From Nitrososphaeria archaeon (lineage in GTDB: Archaea > Thermoproteota > Nitrososphaeria > Geothermarchaeales > JDFR-13), in assembly GCA_027078545.1 (NCBI GenBank), contig JALWXN010000004.1, forward strand, positions 1,056,001-1,120,000: a DNA stretch of 64,000 nucleotides. The letters run 5' to 3'. The notes beneath the pieces were generated by a model. The model did not search any database. It saw nothing but the letters and a program-made list of their open reading frames with translations, and was not told where the DNA came from. The number at the start of each line of letters is the position of its first letter. The stretch's first letter is position 1. The position numbers were made by a program, and so were the translations under genes. Below, piece after piece: positions 39,372-49,308 of this stretch.

Positions 39372-39523
39372 GGAAATTATACGTTTACCGAAAATATATA
39401 AGTTATAAACTATATGTCACGACTCGTCGGGTGGAATGCGACGCTTCCTTATAAATTTGTCTAAAGACGTCTCTGGCCCTTAATATATATGGGCGTATAT
39501 ATCGCCCGAGTCAGAGGTGGTCT

Positions 39524-40483
39524 ATGGAGGCACCATCCAAGATGTCGCTGGCAAGGTATGTAGCTAGGAGGGTATTACAGGCAGTCCCCACGCTCCTAAT
39601 ACTCATAGTATTCATGTTCATACTGGTGAGGATACTCCCCGGAGACCCTGCCAGGCTCATAGCCGGGCTGGAGGCAACGGAGGAGGATGTTGAGAGGATT
39701 AGGGAGGCCCTCGGGCTTAACAAACCATTACATGAACAGTTCATAGACTATATGTCCGGCCTACTCAGGGGGGATCTAGGGACATCCATAAAGTATGACC
39801 GGCCCGTCCTAGAGGAGATACTCGCCCGGTTCCCCAAGACCCTTGAGCTGGCTATAGCTGCAGAGCTGATAGCAATAGCGCTGGCAATACCCCTGGGCGT
39901 GGTATCCGCTCTTAAGCCCTACACGAAGACCGGATTACTAGCCACCATCGTCTCCCTGATAGGCTCATCCATGCCCATCTACTGGCTAGGCCTCATGCTA
40001 ATATACATCTTCAGCGTCCAACTAAGACTACTACCCTCCTCAGGGACGGGAACATTGGCACATCTCATACTCCCCGCCGTGACCCTCGCAACACTATTGA
40101 TGGGGAACCTTGTAAGGATAACGAGGGCCTCGGTCCTCGAGGCGCTTGAGAGCAACTACATAGTGACCGCGAGGTCCAAGGGCCTCAGGGAGGAGGTGGT
40201 GGTCTATAGACACGCCCTTAGGAACGCCTTGATACCGATAATCACGATAACAGGTCTACAGCTAGGCGCCCTACTAGGCGGGGCTATACTCACAGAGACG
40301 GTCTTCGCATGGCCCGGCCTGGGCCAGCTACTACTCACGGCCATCAATAGCCGGGACTACCCCCTGATACAGGGGATCATAATCTTCTACGCAGTCATCC
40401 TCATAGTCATCAACCTCGTGATAGACATTGCCTACGCCTATATAGACCCAAGGGTGAGGGTGTCACTATGGAGCAGCGGGTAG
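39524..40483 (+). CDS. dppB: Peptide/nickel ABC transporter permease
   Basis: PGDPA, GDLGTS, TARSKGL...HALRNA (EAA loop), RDYPLIQG. Confidence 0.92.
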   Translation: MEAPSKMSLARYVARRVLQAVPTLLILIVFMFILVRILPGDPARLIAGLEATEEDVERIREALGLNKPLHEQFIDYMSGLLRGDLGTSIKYDRPVLEEILARFPKTLELAIAAELIAIALAIPLGVVSALKPYTKTGLLATIVSLIGSSMPIYWLGLMLIYIFSVQLRLLPSSGTGTLAHLILPAVTLATLLMGNLVRITRASVLEALESNYIVTARSKGLREEVVVYRHALRNALIPIITITGLQLGALLGGAILTETVFAWPGLGQLLLTAINSRDYPLIQGIIIFYAVILIVINLVIDIAYAYIDPRVRVSLWSSG

Positions 40484-41364
40484 AGACTAGGGAGAGGGAG
40501 GAGGAGAGGTCGGGGATCAGGGAGTTATGGAGTAGGTTCAGCGCCAACAAGGCAGCGGTAATATCCCTATACGTCATAATAGGCCTGGGGATAGCCTCGA
40601 TACTCGCCGACTACATAGCCCCATACGACCCATACGCCTTCGACATAGCCCGTAGACTAGAGCCGCCGAGCCTCCAACACCCCTTCGGCCTAGACCACCT
40701 CGGGAGAGACATACTGAGCAGGATCATCCACGGAGGGAGATACTCCATGGGTATAGCATACGCCTCAGTCCTCCTAGGAGCAGCAATAGGTGTCCTCCTA
40801 GGCGTGGTCTCAGGCTACTACGGCGGCTGGGTAGACGATGTTATACAGAGGTTCACAGACGCACTCCTATCACTACCCACCCTACTACTCGCCATAGCCC
40901 TAGTCACCGTCCTAGGCCTAGGCCTACAGAGCCTAATACTATCCATCGGGATAAGCACCGTCCCAGTATACATCAGGCTGGCCCGCAGCCTAGCCCTACA
41001 GGAGAGGAATATGGACTACGTCGTAGCCGCTAAGATCATGGGGAAGGGCGACGCATACATCATGGCTAGGCATATACTCCCAAACATAGTATCACCCATA
41101 CTCGTCCAGTCAACCTACTACATGGGGCTAACCATACTCATAGCATCCGGCCTAGGATTCCTAGGCCTAGGCGTCCAGCCACCAACCCCCGAGTGGGGAT
41201 CCATGATAGGCCTAGGGAGGAACTATATCTATGCAGCCCCCCACGTAGTAGCATTCCCCGGGATATTCATACTCATAACGAGCCTCGCCTTCAACATCCT
41301 GGGCGACGGGCTGAGAGACGCCCTAGACCCCAGGATGGCCAAGTATATCAAGAGGGGTGTATAG
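40468..41364 (+). CDS. dppC: Peptide/nickel ABC transporter permease
   Basis: HPFGLDHLGRD, HILPN, LGFLGLG..PP.PEWG, GDGLRDALDP. Confidence 0.92.
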   Translation: MEQRVETREREEERSGIRELWSRFSANKAAVISLYVIIGLGIASILADYIAPYDPYAFDIARRLEPPSLQHPFGLDHLGRDILSRIIHGGRYSMGIAYASVLLGAAIGVLLGVVSGYYGGWVDDVIQRFTDALLSLPTLLLAIALVTVLGLGLQSLILSIGISTVPVYIRLARSLALQERNMDYVVAAKIMGKGDAYIMARHILPNIVSPILVQSTYYMGLTILIASGLGFLGLGVQPPTPEWGSMIGLGRNYIYAAPHVVAFPGIFILITSLAFNILGDGLRDALDPRMAKYIKRGV

Positions 41365-41366
41365 AG

Positions 41367-42332
41367 ATGCCGCTCCTAGAGGTGAGGAACCTAAAGGTCT
41401 ACTACGACCTGCCACAGGGGACTGTAAAGGCCGTCGACGGGGTATCCTTCAGCCTGGAGAAGGGGGAGATACTAGGCGTAGCCGGGGAGAGCGGCTCCGG
41501 GAAGAGTACACTGGCACACTCAATAATAGGCCTGGTGAAGCCGCCGGGCAGGGTAGTGGATGGAGAGATAATATTCGAGGGGAGGAACCTACTCGAGCTG
41601 AGTGAGGAGGAGCTCCGGGAGATAAGGGGTAGGGAGATAACAATGGTCTTCCAAGACCCAAACACCTATCTAAACCCAGTCCTAAGGATAGGGATACAGG
41701 TCGGGGAGGTCTATGAGGCCCACCTAGGGATAGAGCCTAGGAAGGCTATCGACAAGGTGGTCGACCTACTCAGGAAGGTCAGGCTGACAGACCCTGAGAG
41801 GAGGGTGGAGTCATACCCCCACGAGCTGAGCGGGGGGATGAAGCAGAGGGTCATGATATCCATGGCCATAGCCCTCAAGCCGAAGCTGATAATACTCGAC
41901 GAACCCACATCCGCGCTAGACGTCACCATACAGGCCGAGATAATGGAGCTCCTCATAGAGATGAGGGATGAGCTGGGGGCCGCAATGATCTTCATAAGCC
42001 ACGACCTGGAGCTGCTGGGCCAGGTCTCAGACAGACTAATGATAATGTATGGAGGCAGGCTCGTCGAGATAGGGGAGACCGAGGAGATCTTCAGAGACCC
42101 CCTACACCCATATACAGAGGCCCTCATAAACGCCATCAAATACGTAAGGAAGACGGAGCTCCCAACACTGGAGGGGGAGCCCCCAAGCCTACTAAAACCA
42201 CCACCCGGCTGCAGATTCCACCCAAGATGCCCGAAAAGGATGGAGAGGTGCAGCCAGGTCGAGCCGGGCGAATACCTAGTAGGAAGTAGGAGGGTCTCAT
42301 GCCTACTCTACGAGGAGGAGAGTGATGCCTGA
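41367..42332 (+). CDS. dppD: Peptide ABC transporter ATP-binding protein
   Basis: GESGSGKS, LSGGM, LDEPT, C-terminal GCRFHPRC. Start refined to ATG 41367. Confidence 0.93.
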   Translation: MPLLEVRNLKVYYDLPQGTVKAVDGVSFSLEKGEILGVAGESGSGKSTLAHSIIGLVKPPGRVVDGEIIFEGRNLLELSEEELREIRGREITMVFQDPNTYLNPVLRIGIQVGEVYEAHLGIEPRKAIDKVVDLLRKVRLTDPERRVESYPHELSGGMKQRVMISMAIALKPKLIILDEPTSALDVTIQAEIMELLIEMRDELGAAMIFISHDLELLGQVSDRLMIMYGGRLVEIGETEEIFRDPLHPYTEALINAIKYVRKTELPTLEGEPPSLLKPPPGCRFHPRCPKRMERCSQVEPGEYLVGSRRVSCLLYEEESDA

Positions 42333-43287
42333 ACCACTCATAAAGGCTGAGAACATAAAGAAGTACTTCCCCGTGAAGAAGGGCCTGATAGGCGGGACCG
42401 AGTATGTAAGGGCGGTCGACGACGTATCCCTAGAGATAGGGGAGAAGACGATAACCGCCCTGGTAGGCGAGTCCGGCTCTGGGAAGACGACGCTCGGCAG
42501 GATAATGGCGGGGATATGGAGACCAACCAGCGGCAGGGTACTCTACCGAGGAATAGACATCCATAGAGACGGGATGAGGAGGGAGGTTAGGCATAGGATA
42601 CAGATGATCTTCCAAAACCCAGACTCAAGCCTAAACCCACGTATGAAGATCCTAGACATACTGGGGGAGGCAATAACAGAGGCGGAGCCCGGGATCAAGA
42701 AGGACGAGCTAATAGAGAGGGCCACCAAGCTCCTCGAGGAGGTGAACCTACACCCAGACCACCTATATAAATATCCACATGAACTCAGCGGTGGGGAGAA
42801 GCAGAGGGTAGCAATAGCCAGGGCCATAGCGCTCGAGCCAGAGTTCATAGTGGCTGATGAGCCCGTCTCCGCCCTAGACATATCGATAAGGGCACAGATA
42901 ATAAACCTACTAGCCCGTATACAGAGGGAGCATGGGATAGCGATACTATACATAGCCCACGACCTAAGAACAGTCTGGAACATAAGCGACTACGTAGCGG
43001 TCATGTACCTAGGCAAGATCATGGAGTACGGCCCCACAGAGGAGGTATTCAAGAACACGGGCCACCCATACACGGCTACACTACTCTCTACAGCACCACT
43101 CCTACCAGAGGAGTTCAGGAGGCACAGCCTAAAACCGATCGGTGAGCCACCAAGCCTTATAAACCCGCCGAGAGGTTGCAGGTTCCACACGAGATGCCCA
43201 CTAGCCAGGGAGGAGTGTAGAGAGGTGGATATGAGGCTCATAGAGATCGGGAGGGAGCACTACACAGCATGCCCATTCTGGAGATGA
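42322..43287 (+). CDS. dppF: Peptide ABC transporter ATP-binding protein
   Basis: GESGSGKT, LSGGE, ADEPVSALD, GCRFHTRC. Confidence 0.93.
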   Translation: MMPEPLIKAENIKKYFPVKKGLIGGTEYVRAVDDVSLEIGEKTITALVGESGSGKTTLGRIMAGIWRPTSGRVLYRGIDIHRDGMRREVRHRIQMIFQNPDSSLNPRMKILDILGEAITEAEPGIKKDELIERATKLLEEVNLHPDHLYKYPHELSGGEKQRVAIARAIALEPEFIVADEPVSALDISIRAQIINLLARIQREHGIAILYIAHDLRTVWNISDYVAVMYLGKIMEYGPTEEVFKNTGHPYTATLLSTAPLLPEEFRRHSLKPIGEPPSLINPPRGCRFHTRCPLAREECREVDMRLIEIGREHYTACPFWR

Positions 43288-43421
43288 GTATATACCTGAA
43301 TAAACAGAACCTTTTATATCTAGACAAGGGAGGATAAATATATACGAGGATTCTCTGTATATATCATTATAATCAAATCCTTAAATAGTATATACATCGG
43401 AATCTACCTAGGTGTAGAACC

Positions 43422-44984
43422 TTGAGGCGAAGGGTGGGACTCTCCACCAGGATAGTCGCTATAGCAGTAGTGATAGTGCTGGTGGTGGCCCTAGCAGGAT
43501 ACTTCCTACTACAGCAGGAGGCACCAGTGGAGAGGGAGCTCAGGGTAGCGATAGGTATCGACATGGACACGGTAGACCCACATATGCAGACAACGACGCT
43601 GGTCTTCAATATTAACAGGCATATCTACGACACACTGGTATGGTTCAACGAGGAGGGCGAGATCATCCCATGGCTAGCCACCGAGTGGAGCATATCAAGA
43701 GACGGCCTAGAATACACCTTCAAGCTTAGGCAGGGCGTGAAGTTCAGCGACGGGACGGAGTTCGACGCCTACGACGTGAAGGCCAACATAGATAGGTGGC
43801 TAGACCCCACGGTCAAGGTGCCCACAAGGAGCCAGCTAGGACCCGTGAAGGGAGCCGAGGTCATCGATAAGTACACCATCAAGATAATCCTTGAGGATGC
43901 ATATGCACCCTTCCTAGCGGCCCTCGCCAACTACCTCATGATCACTAGCCAGGAGGCCATAGAGGAGTATGGTAACCAGTCGATCGACGAGCCGGTAGGG
44001 ACGGGGCCATATGTACTCAAGAGCTGGGAGAAGGAGTCTGAGATAGTGCTGGAGGCCAACCCCAACTGGTGGGGGCCGGAGCTGAAGATCAAGAAGATAG
44101 TCTGGAAGATCATCAAGGAGGCCGGGACCAGGGAGTCGGCCCTCCTAGCAGGGGATGTTGATGTAGCCTTCCTGCCACCAGCGGCTGACAAGGAGGCGTT
44201 GGAGAACAACCCCGACGTGGATATCTACATACCCGTCACCAACAGGATACTCTTCGTAGGAATAATGCCGAGGGGTCCGCTGGAGAACAAGCTTGTGAGG
44301 CAGGCCCTGAACTACGCTGTTGATAAGGAGGCTATAGTCAACGAGGTCCTCTTCGGCCTAGGGATACCCGCCGACGCACCTATACCGCCACACTTCTTCG
44401 GCTACGCCAAGATGGATCCATATGAGTATGACCCCGACAAGGCTAGGCAGCTCCTAGAGCAGGCAGGGTATGGAGACGGGCTCAGCCTAAAGATGATACA
44501 TCCCACCGGTAGGTATCTACAGGATAAGGAGGTGGCCGAGGCTATACAGGCATATCTCAGCAGGGTGGGTATAGACGTCGAGCTGGAGACGATGGACTGG
44601 CCATCCTTCGTACAGAGGCTATTGAAGCCACTGGATGAGGTTGACTACGACCTAGTCCTAGTCGGCTGGGGACCAGGCGTGGCGGATGCACACTTCACAC
44701 TCTACCCACAGTTCCACAGCAGCCAGATAATACCCAATGGACTAGGGATAGCTAGGTACAACAATAGTGAGGTCGACCAGCTCCTAGAGAGGGCTATGAG
44801 GGAGCTGGACGAGGAGACCAGGAAGGATCTATACCGCCAGGCAATAGAGATCATCTGGGAGGACGCTCCATGGATCTTCCTATACACCCAGAGGAACCTA
44901 CTAGCGGTCAATAAGAACGTGAAGGGCGTCTTCATCCACCCAGGAGGAGAGATGTTCTTCTTCTACACCGCCTACTTCGAGTAG
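43422..44984 (+). CDS. dppA: Peptide ABC transporter substrate-binding protein (family 5)
   Basis: N-terminal TM anchor; YTFKLRQGVKFSDG, PVGTGPY, VRQALNYAVD. Confidence 0.92.
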   Translation: MRRRVGLSTRIVAIAVVIVLVVALAGYFLLQQEAPVERELRVAIGIDMDTVDPHMQTTTLVFNINRHIYDTLVWFNEEGEIIPWLATEWSISRDGLEYTFKLRQGVKFSDGTEFDAYDVKANIDRWLDPTVKVPTRSQLGPVKGAEVIDKYTIKIILEDAYAPFLAALANYLMITSQEAIEEYGNQSIDEPVGTGPYVLKSWEKESEIVLEANPNWWGPELKIKKIVWKIIKEAGTRESALLAGDVDVAFLPPAADKEALENNPDVDIYIPVTNRILFVGIMPRGPLENKLVRQALNYAVDKEAIVNEVLFGLGIPADAPIPPHFFGYAKMDPYEYDPDKARQLLEQAGYGDGLSLKMIHPTGRYLQDKEVAEAIQAYLSRVGIDVELETMDWPSFVQRLLKPLDEVDYDLVLVGWGPGVADAHFTLYPQFHSSQIIPNGLGIARYNNSEVDQLLERAMRELDEETRKDLYRQAIEIIWEDAPWIFLYTQRNLLAVNKNVKGVFIHPGGEMFFFYTAYFE

Positions 44985-45005
44985 CCTTACCCACCCCTCC
45001 CACCT

Positions 45006-45755
45006 TTATATCATCCTCCTTAGTAGCCTGTCTATCTCTACAAGGGCCTTCTCCGCACCCGTACCTATCCATACCGATGCGAGCTCGGTGAGCGCGGAGG
45101 GCTCTGGGTTAACCTCTACTATCCCAGCCCCCTTGGCATGGGCCTCCTCCACGAGTGATGCGGCTGGATATACCACTCCACTAGTCCCTATCACGAGGAG
45201 TGTATCTGCACGGAGAACCTCTGTCAACGCCCGCCTCCAGACCGCCTGGTCGAGAGGCTCGCCGAACCATACAACGTCTGGGCGGAGGAGGCTATAGCAG
45301 TTCGGGCATATTGGTGGTAGGCTCTCGAGGTCCAGGCTATCTATCTCGCCCCGGTACCAGCACCTCGTACATCTAAACCTGTGTAGGGAGCCGTGGAGCT
45401 CTATCACATCCTCTATACCTACACGTCTAAAGAGGCCGTCCACATTCTGTGTAATCACAGTCTTGACCAGGCCCCTACTCCACCAATCCCGTAGAACGTG
45501 GTAGCCTCTGTGGGGCTTAGCCCTCCTAACCTTCTCCAGCCTGGATAGGTACCACCTCCATACGAGCTCGGGGTTCCTCTGGAATCCCTGTGGAGTGGCC
45601 AGATCCTCCAGGCTATACCTGTCCCATAGGCCGGAGCCACCCCTGAAGACTGGTATACCCGAGTCGGCACTCATCCCGGCGCCTGTGAAGACGACTAGGT
45701 ATCTCGACCCGGCTATATACTCAGCCGCCCTAGCTATCTCCTCCATCACCCACAA
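45006..45755 (-). CDS. cobB: Sir2/CobB NAD-dependent protein deacylase
   Basis: GAGMSADSGIP.FRG, TQNVDGL, ELHG, CTRC..CPNC, RPDVVWFGE, GTSG.V.PAA. Confidence 0.93.
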   Translation of the reverse strand: MWVMEEIARAAEYIAGSRYLVVFTGAGMSADSGIPVFRGGSGLWDRYSLEDLATPQGFQRNPELVWRWYLSRLEKVRRAKPHRGYHVLRDWWSRGLVKTVITQNVDGLFRRVGIEDVIELHGSLHRFRCTRCWYRGEIDSLDLESLPPICPNCYSLLRPDVVWFGEPLDQAVWRRALTEVLRADTLLVIGTSGVVYPAASLVEEAHAKGAGIVEVNPEPSALTELASVWIGTGAEKALVEIDRLLRRMI

Positions 45756-46593
45756 CCTCTATAGCGTCTATGCTCTCCAGGACAGACTCCTTATCACTCC
45801 CCACCAGCATAAACTTGTTGGCGTGGTAGAATACTAGGCTCCCCCTCTCCCTAAGCTTCTCCGCCACCTTGTCCAGGCTGATCATGTCCTGATACCTCGA
45901 TAGCTTGATAACGCTGTACTGCTCAGGGTTCCTACTACTCGGCTGGATAATAACCTGCACATCCCCCCGCCTATTCATCACCTCATAGGGAGGGACAGCC
46001 CTGTCGAGCACCAGTATCTTCACCCCGTTAATAGTCATCTCGACGGCGTTCTCAAGCGCCTCTGCTATCTCCCTCTCCTCCTCAACCCTCTCCCTTAGAT
46101 AGTTGTAGAACCTCCTCCCCAACCACCTCAAAACCTGGTACTCCTCATCCCCAGGTGATATGTACTGGATATTTGCGAACCACCTCGTGTATACCCTCTC
46201 GAAGAAGAGTGTCTCGCTAGGTATCTCCACACCTATCGCCCTATGAAGCCCGAAACGATCCCTCACATCGATAAACCTCATCTCCGGGAGATCCAGGGCA
46301 TCCACCAGCTCTGGGAAGTGGTGCTTAACGACTAGTACTAGGCTACATGGGATCTCTATGTCCTGGTGATGGTCAAGTAGGTATGGGGGCTCATACCTCC
46401 GCCCGATATCGAGGTATATAGTCTTATCCTCAAACCCCTCCACACTGATGACACGCTCCACTGGGGCGCCATACTTATATGTAAGTAGGGCTGTACCCAG
46501 TAGGTCATCCATATGGGCATTCCCACCATGTGTAACTATCTTCCTAACCCTTAGAGACGTCTCCACACTACCCACCACGCAGCCACTACCCAT
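45730..46593 (-). CDS. MYG1-like (DHH-type) phosphoesterase/exonuclease
   Basis: THGGNAHMDD, DIG..YEP..LDHHQD and C-terminal FYHANKF match the MYG1 motif layout (THxxxFHxD, DxGxxYD..DHHQ, FxH..GF). Confidence 0.7.
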   Translation of the reverse strand: MGSGCVVGSVETSLRVRKIVTHGGNAHMDDLLGTALLTYKYGAPVERVISVEGFEDKTIYLDIGRRYEPPYLLDHHQDIEIPCSLVLVVKHHFPELVDALDLPEMRFIDVRDRFGLHRAIGVEIPSETLFFERVYTRWFANIQYISPGDEEYQVLRWLGRRFYNYLRERVEEEREIAEALENAVEMTINGVKILVLDRAVPPYEVMNRRGDVQVIIQPSSRNPEQYSVIKLSRYQDMISLDKVAEKLRERGSLVFYHANKFMLVGSDKESVLESIDAIEVVGDGGDS

Positions 46594-46645
46594 CTAGATA
46601 GGGCTGGGACACGATATATCTATCCCCAGCGATATATAGGGATAT

Positions 46646-47191
46646 ATGATTAGGATAGGCTTCGCCGCATACAGCGGCGACCCCACCCACCGGGACATCG
46701 AGAACGCCAGGCAGCTCGTCACGACTCTATACAGGGAGGTCGACTTCAACAGGGTGGCCTTCCTCCTAGGCGGGTACTGGGGCCTCATGAGGGTCTTGGT
46801 GGACGAGCTGTTACAGCACGGCGGGAGGGTGGTCCTCTTCCCCCCACTGGAGCTGGAGAAGCTCGAGTATCCCGAGGGGGCGATAGTTCTACGCCTAGGC
46901 CTCTCCATGAGGGCTAGGAGCATCCCCCTCGTGAGGAGCTCCGACGTATTCATAGTCATGGGTGGTGAGGGGGGCTCGATACTAGAGCTCGTCACCAGCT
47001 ACGACGAGGGGATACCCACATACCTACTCACCGAGACGGGACACTCCACCGATAAGATGTCCTTCCTAACACCATACCTCGACAGGAGGAGGACTGTGGA
47101 GATCAAGGTCTTCAACGACCCTGTACAGCTGGCCGAGGACCTGATACAGAACCATCTACAGGGCGTCCTGAGGAGCGGGGCAACTAAGTAG
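46646..47191 (+). CDS. SLOG/LOG-family nucleotide-processing protein (TIGR00725-like)
   Basis: GGYWGLM, RARS..LVRSSD, GGEGGSILE. Confidence 0.8.
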   Translation: MIRIGFAAYSGDPTHRDIENARQLVTTLYREVDFNRVAFLLGGYWGLMRVLVDELLQHGGRVVLFPPLELEKLEYPEGAIVLRLGLSMRARSIPLVRSSDVFIVMGGEGGSILELVTSYDEGIPTYLLTETGHSTDKMSFLTPYLDRRRTVEIKVFNDPVQLAEDLIQNHLQGVLRSGATK

Positions 47192-47223
47192 GGTTCCATA
47201 GGTAGAAAGGGGGAGGTGTGGGG

Positions 47224-48183
47224 CTACCTACCCATCCTAATGACTAGGTATGCCACTGGGATGGCTAGGAGAATGATTATCAGGTAGGTCAGCGGAGTAT
47301 TGACCAATCCATCCATCCCCTCCACACCAGTATCAGTACCAACAGCCTCTTCTGTGACCCTCTGGGCTGTGGTGTCCCCCGAGGATTCGGGCGAGGCTTC
47401 AGGAGACATCTCCTTATTGGATATCCACTCCTCATATGGCGAGAGAGGGAGCGGCTCGATCTCTGACTTATTAAAGGCTATGACTAGTGGATAGTCCCCA
47501 GGTATCGCCTCCCTCACATATGCAGCGAAGGCCTTGATATCCTCCATGCTCGGCTGTATATCACCCTGTATAACTATGAGGAGGGTCATCTCCAGCCCGA
47601 TCCTTATAGATGCGTGGAGACCCAGGAAGGTATCGATCTTACCATACCTTGAGAAGATCTCGACCGCCATATCATCTATCCTTTCTATAACGCTATCCTC
47701 ACCAGGCTGAGTAGGGCTGAGCACATCCCTTAGATACTCCACAGTCGACATGCTACCAAGCGTCGCATATACCTCCACCCTCTCAACACACCGGGGCAGG
47801 CTACTCACAACCCGGCCCACCAGATCCTTCTCCAGCCCACCCCATACCACGGAGATCTCCAGCACTCCAGAGCCGTTATTAAAGCTGACTTTCACCGTCC
47901 AGGGGAGGCTATCTAATATATGCCCCTCGATATCCTCTGGGCTACAGGGACTATCCTCGCCTCCAACCCTAGGAACCATGTATTCATCGGTCAGGCTATA
48001 GATATTCTCGCGGCCAAAGAGGATGTAGACATCACCATCAACATATGTATAGACGTCATAGTCTACAGGCTCATAGATCCTGATAATAACCATATCCTCC
48101 TGGGCCCCTACAACCTGTGTAGACCACCCGGGGGAGATGAGGAGGAGAGCCATCGATATGAGAAGGAGGAGTAGACTCCTCAT
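47224..48183 (-). CDS. Surface protein: signal peptide, S/T/E-rich linker, C-terminal TM
   Basis: Hydrophobic N- and C-termini; low-complexity linker SPEASPESSGDTT. Confidence 0.75.
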   Translation of the reverse strand: MRSLLLLLISMALLLISPGWSTQVVGAQEDMVIIRIYEPVDYDVYTYVDGDVYILFGRENIYSLTDEYMVPRVGGEDSPCSPEDIEGHILDSLPWTVKVSFNNGSGVLEISVVWGGLEKDLVGRVVSSLPRCVERVEVYATLGSMSTVEYLRDVLSPTQPGEDSVIERIDDMAVEIFSRYGKIDTFLGLHASIRIGLEMTLLIVIQGDIQPSMEDIKAFAAYVREAIPGDYPLVIAFNKSEIEPLPLSPYEEWISNKEMSPEASPESSGDTTAQRVTEEAVGTDTGVEGMDGLVNTPLTYLIIILLAIPVAYLVIRMGR

Positions 48184-48378
48184 ATAATCACCCCCGCTAG
48201 GATTGGGCCACGGTATTCTCCACTCCCTATCAATAACGGCGTTCTTATATCCCTCTTCAAGACGATCTCCTAATAATTTCTCGCTCCGTAAGGGTATATG
48301 TAGATATATATATCTGACCCCCTGGAGGGGGGCGGTATAACTATATTCTCTATATTTTGCTTAGGGGCTTGTCGATGG

Positions 48379-49272
48379 CTATTTAAATACTGTCCCCGTC
48401 TCCATCGCCCATAGTAGGAGGTCGAGCTCTGCTGGGAGCATCCCCAGGTATCTAGCCAGCCATCGGAACCGGGTCTCCAGCTCGATATACCTCCTCCTCG
48501 ATAGGCTCTTGGGGTAGCTGTTTATCAGCCTGAGCCGGGCCATCCACCTAAGGATATGCCTGTCTAGTATTGCTAGGTGTAGACCCCTCCCTATGTTCCG
48601 GAGGAAGTGGCTAGCCTCCTTATATCCGAGGCCCTTCACACCCCTGACGAGCATCTCCCTAGCCTCTAGGGGGTCTTCTATGCTGAGTATCTCACCTAGA
48701 TATCCCTCCATGTATAGCCTCCTAGCCCCCACTATGTATTGGGACTTCTTCCTCCAGAATCTACATCCCCTGATCACCCTGCCTATGTCTCCCGGCCCAC
48801 CGCTGTATAGTGTTCCTGAGAGGTGGAGCTCCTTCACCTTCTCCCAGCACCTTATGGCGGGGCTCATAGGGGTGAGTAGGCAGAAGACCAGCTCGAGGAA
48901 TATCCTCTCATCCCCACACCTACCCACCTCCCTGAAGCTCTTGATGGCCCTCTCTATATCGCCTCTATACCTCTGATAAGCGTCCCAGACAGCCTCTAGG
49001 GAGCCGCCTGAGACGTAGGTGAAGAGCTTCACCTTGGAGCCGGGCTCCACCACCGTGTCTAGGCCGCTGTCCAGCATCACGTTCCTACCATCGACCAGTA
49101 TCCCGTAGCCAACACCCTCCCTCTCCAGCTCCTCCATAAGCCTCTTGAGCCCGGGTATGGATGAGATTATCGTTGATAGGGGCTCCGCATCCTCTATCTC
49201 CAGCCTTATATAGTCCCTCCCAAGCCTAGTCCTGAAGACGCCGTATAGTAGGATCTCCACCTCCCGGGGCAT
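48379..49272 (-). CDS. ogg: Ubiquitin-like (MoaD/Urm1/SAMP) domain fused to 8-oxoguanine DNA glycosylase/AP lyase (Ogg2 type)
   Basis: Residues 1-90 show a beta-grasp pattern ending ILVDGRN...LDT....G..V.LF..VSGG. Residues 91-297 contain ELVFCLLT, HhH VKGLGYKEASHFLRN, AILDRH and a C-terminal Lys. Confidence 0.88.
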   Translation of the reverse strand: MPREVEILLYGVFRTRLGRDYIRLEIEDAEPLSTIISSIPGLKRLMEELEREGVGYGILVDGRNVMLDSGLDTVVEPGSKVKLFTYVSGGSLEAVWDAYQRYRGDIERAIKSFREVGRCGDERIFLELVFCLLTPMSPAIRCWEKVKELHLSGTLYSGGPGDIGRVIRGCRFWRKKSQYIVGARRLYMEGYLGEILSIEDPLEAREMLVRGVKGLGYKEASHFLRNIGRGLHLAILDRHILRWMARLRLINSYPKSLSRRRYIELETRFRWLARYLGMLPAELDLLLWAMETGTVFK

Positions 49273-49308
49273 GGCTATCCAGGTTGATAAATAGGTTTGG
49301 GTGGGGGT

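Noticed and set aside
45006-47191. Thoeris-type system
   Set aside because: No TIR gene; the Sir2 is a classical Zn-binding deacylase and is not fused to SLOG.
48302-48315. Palindrome AGATATATATATCT
   Set aside because: Low-complexity (AT)n tract, more simply explained as a TATA region.
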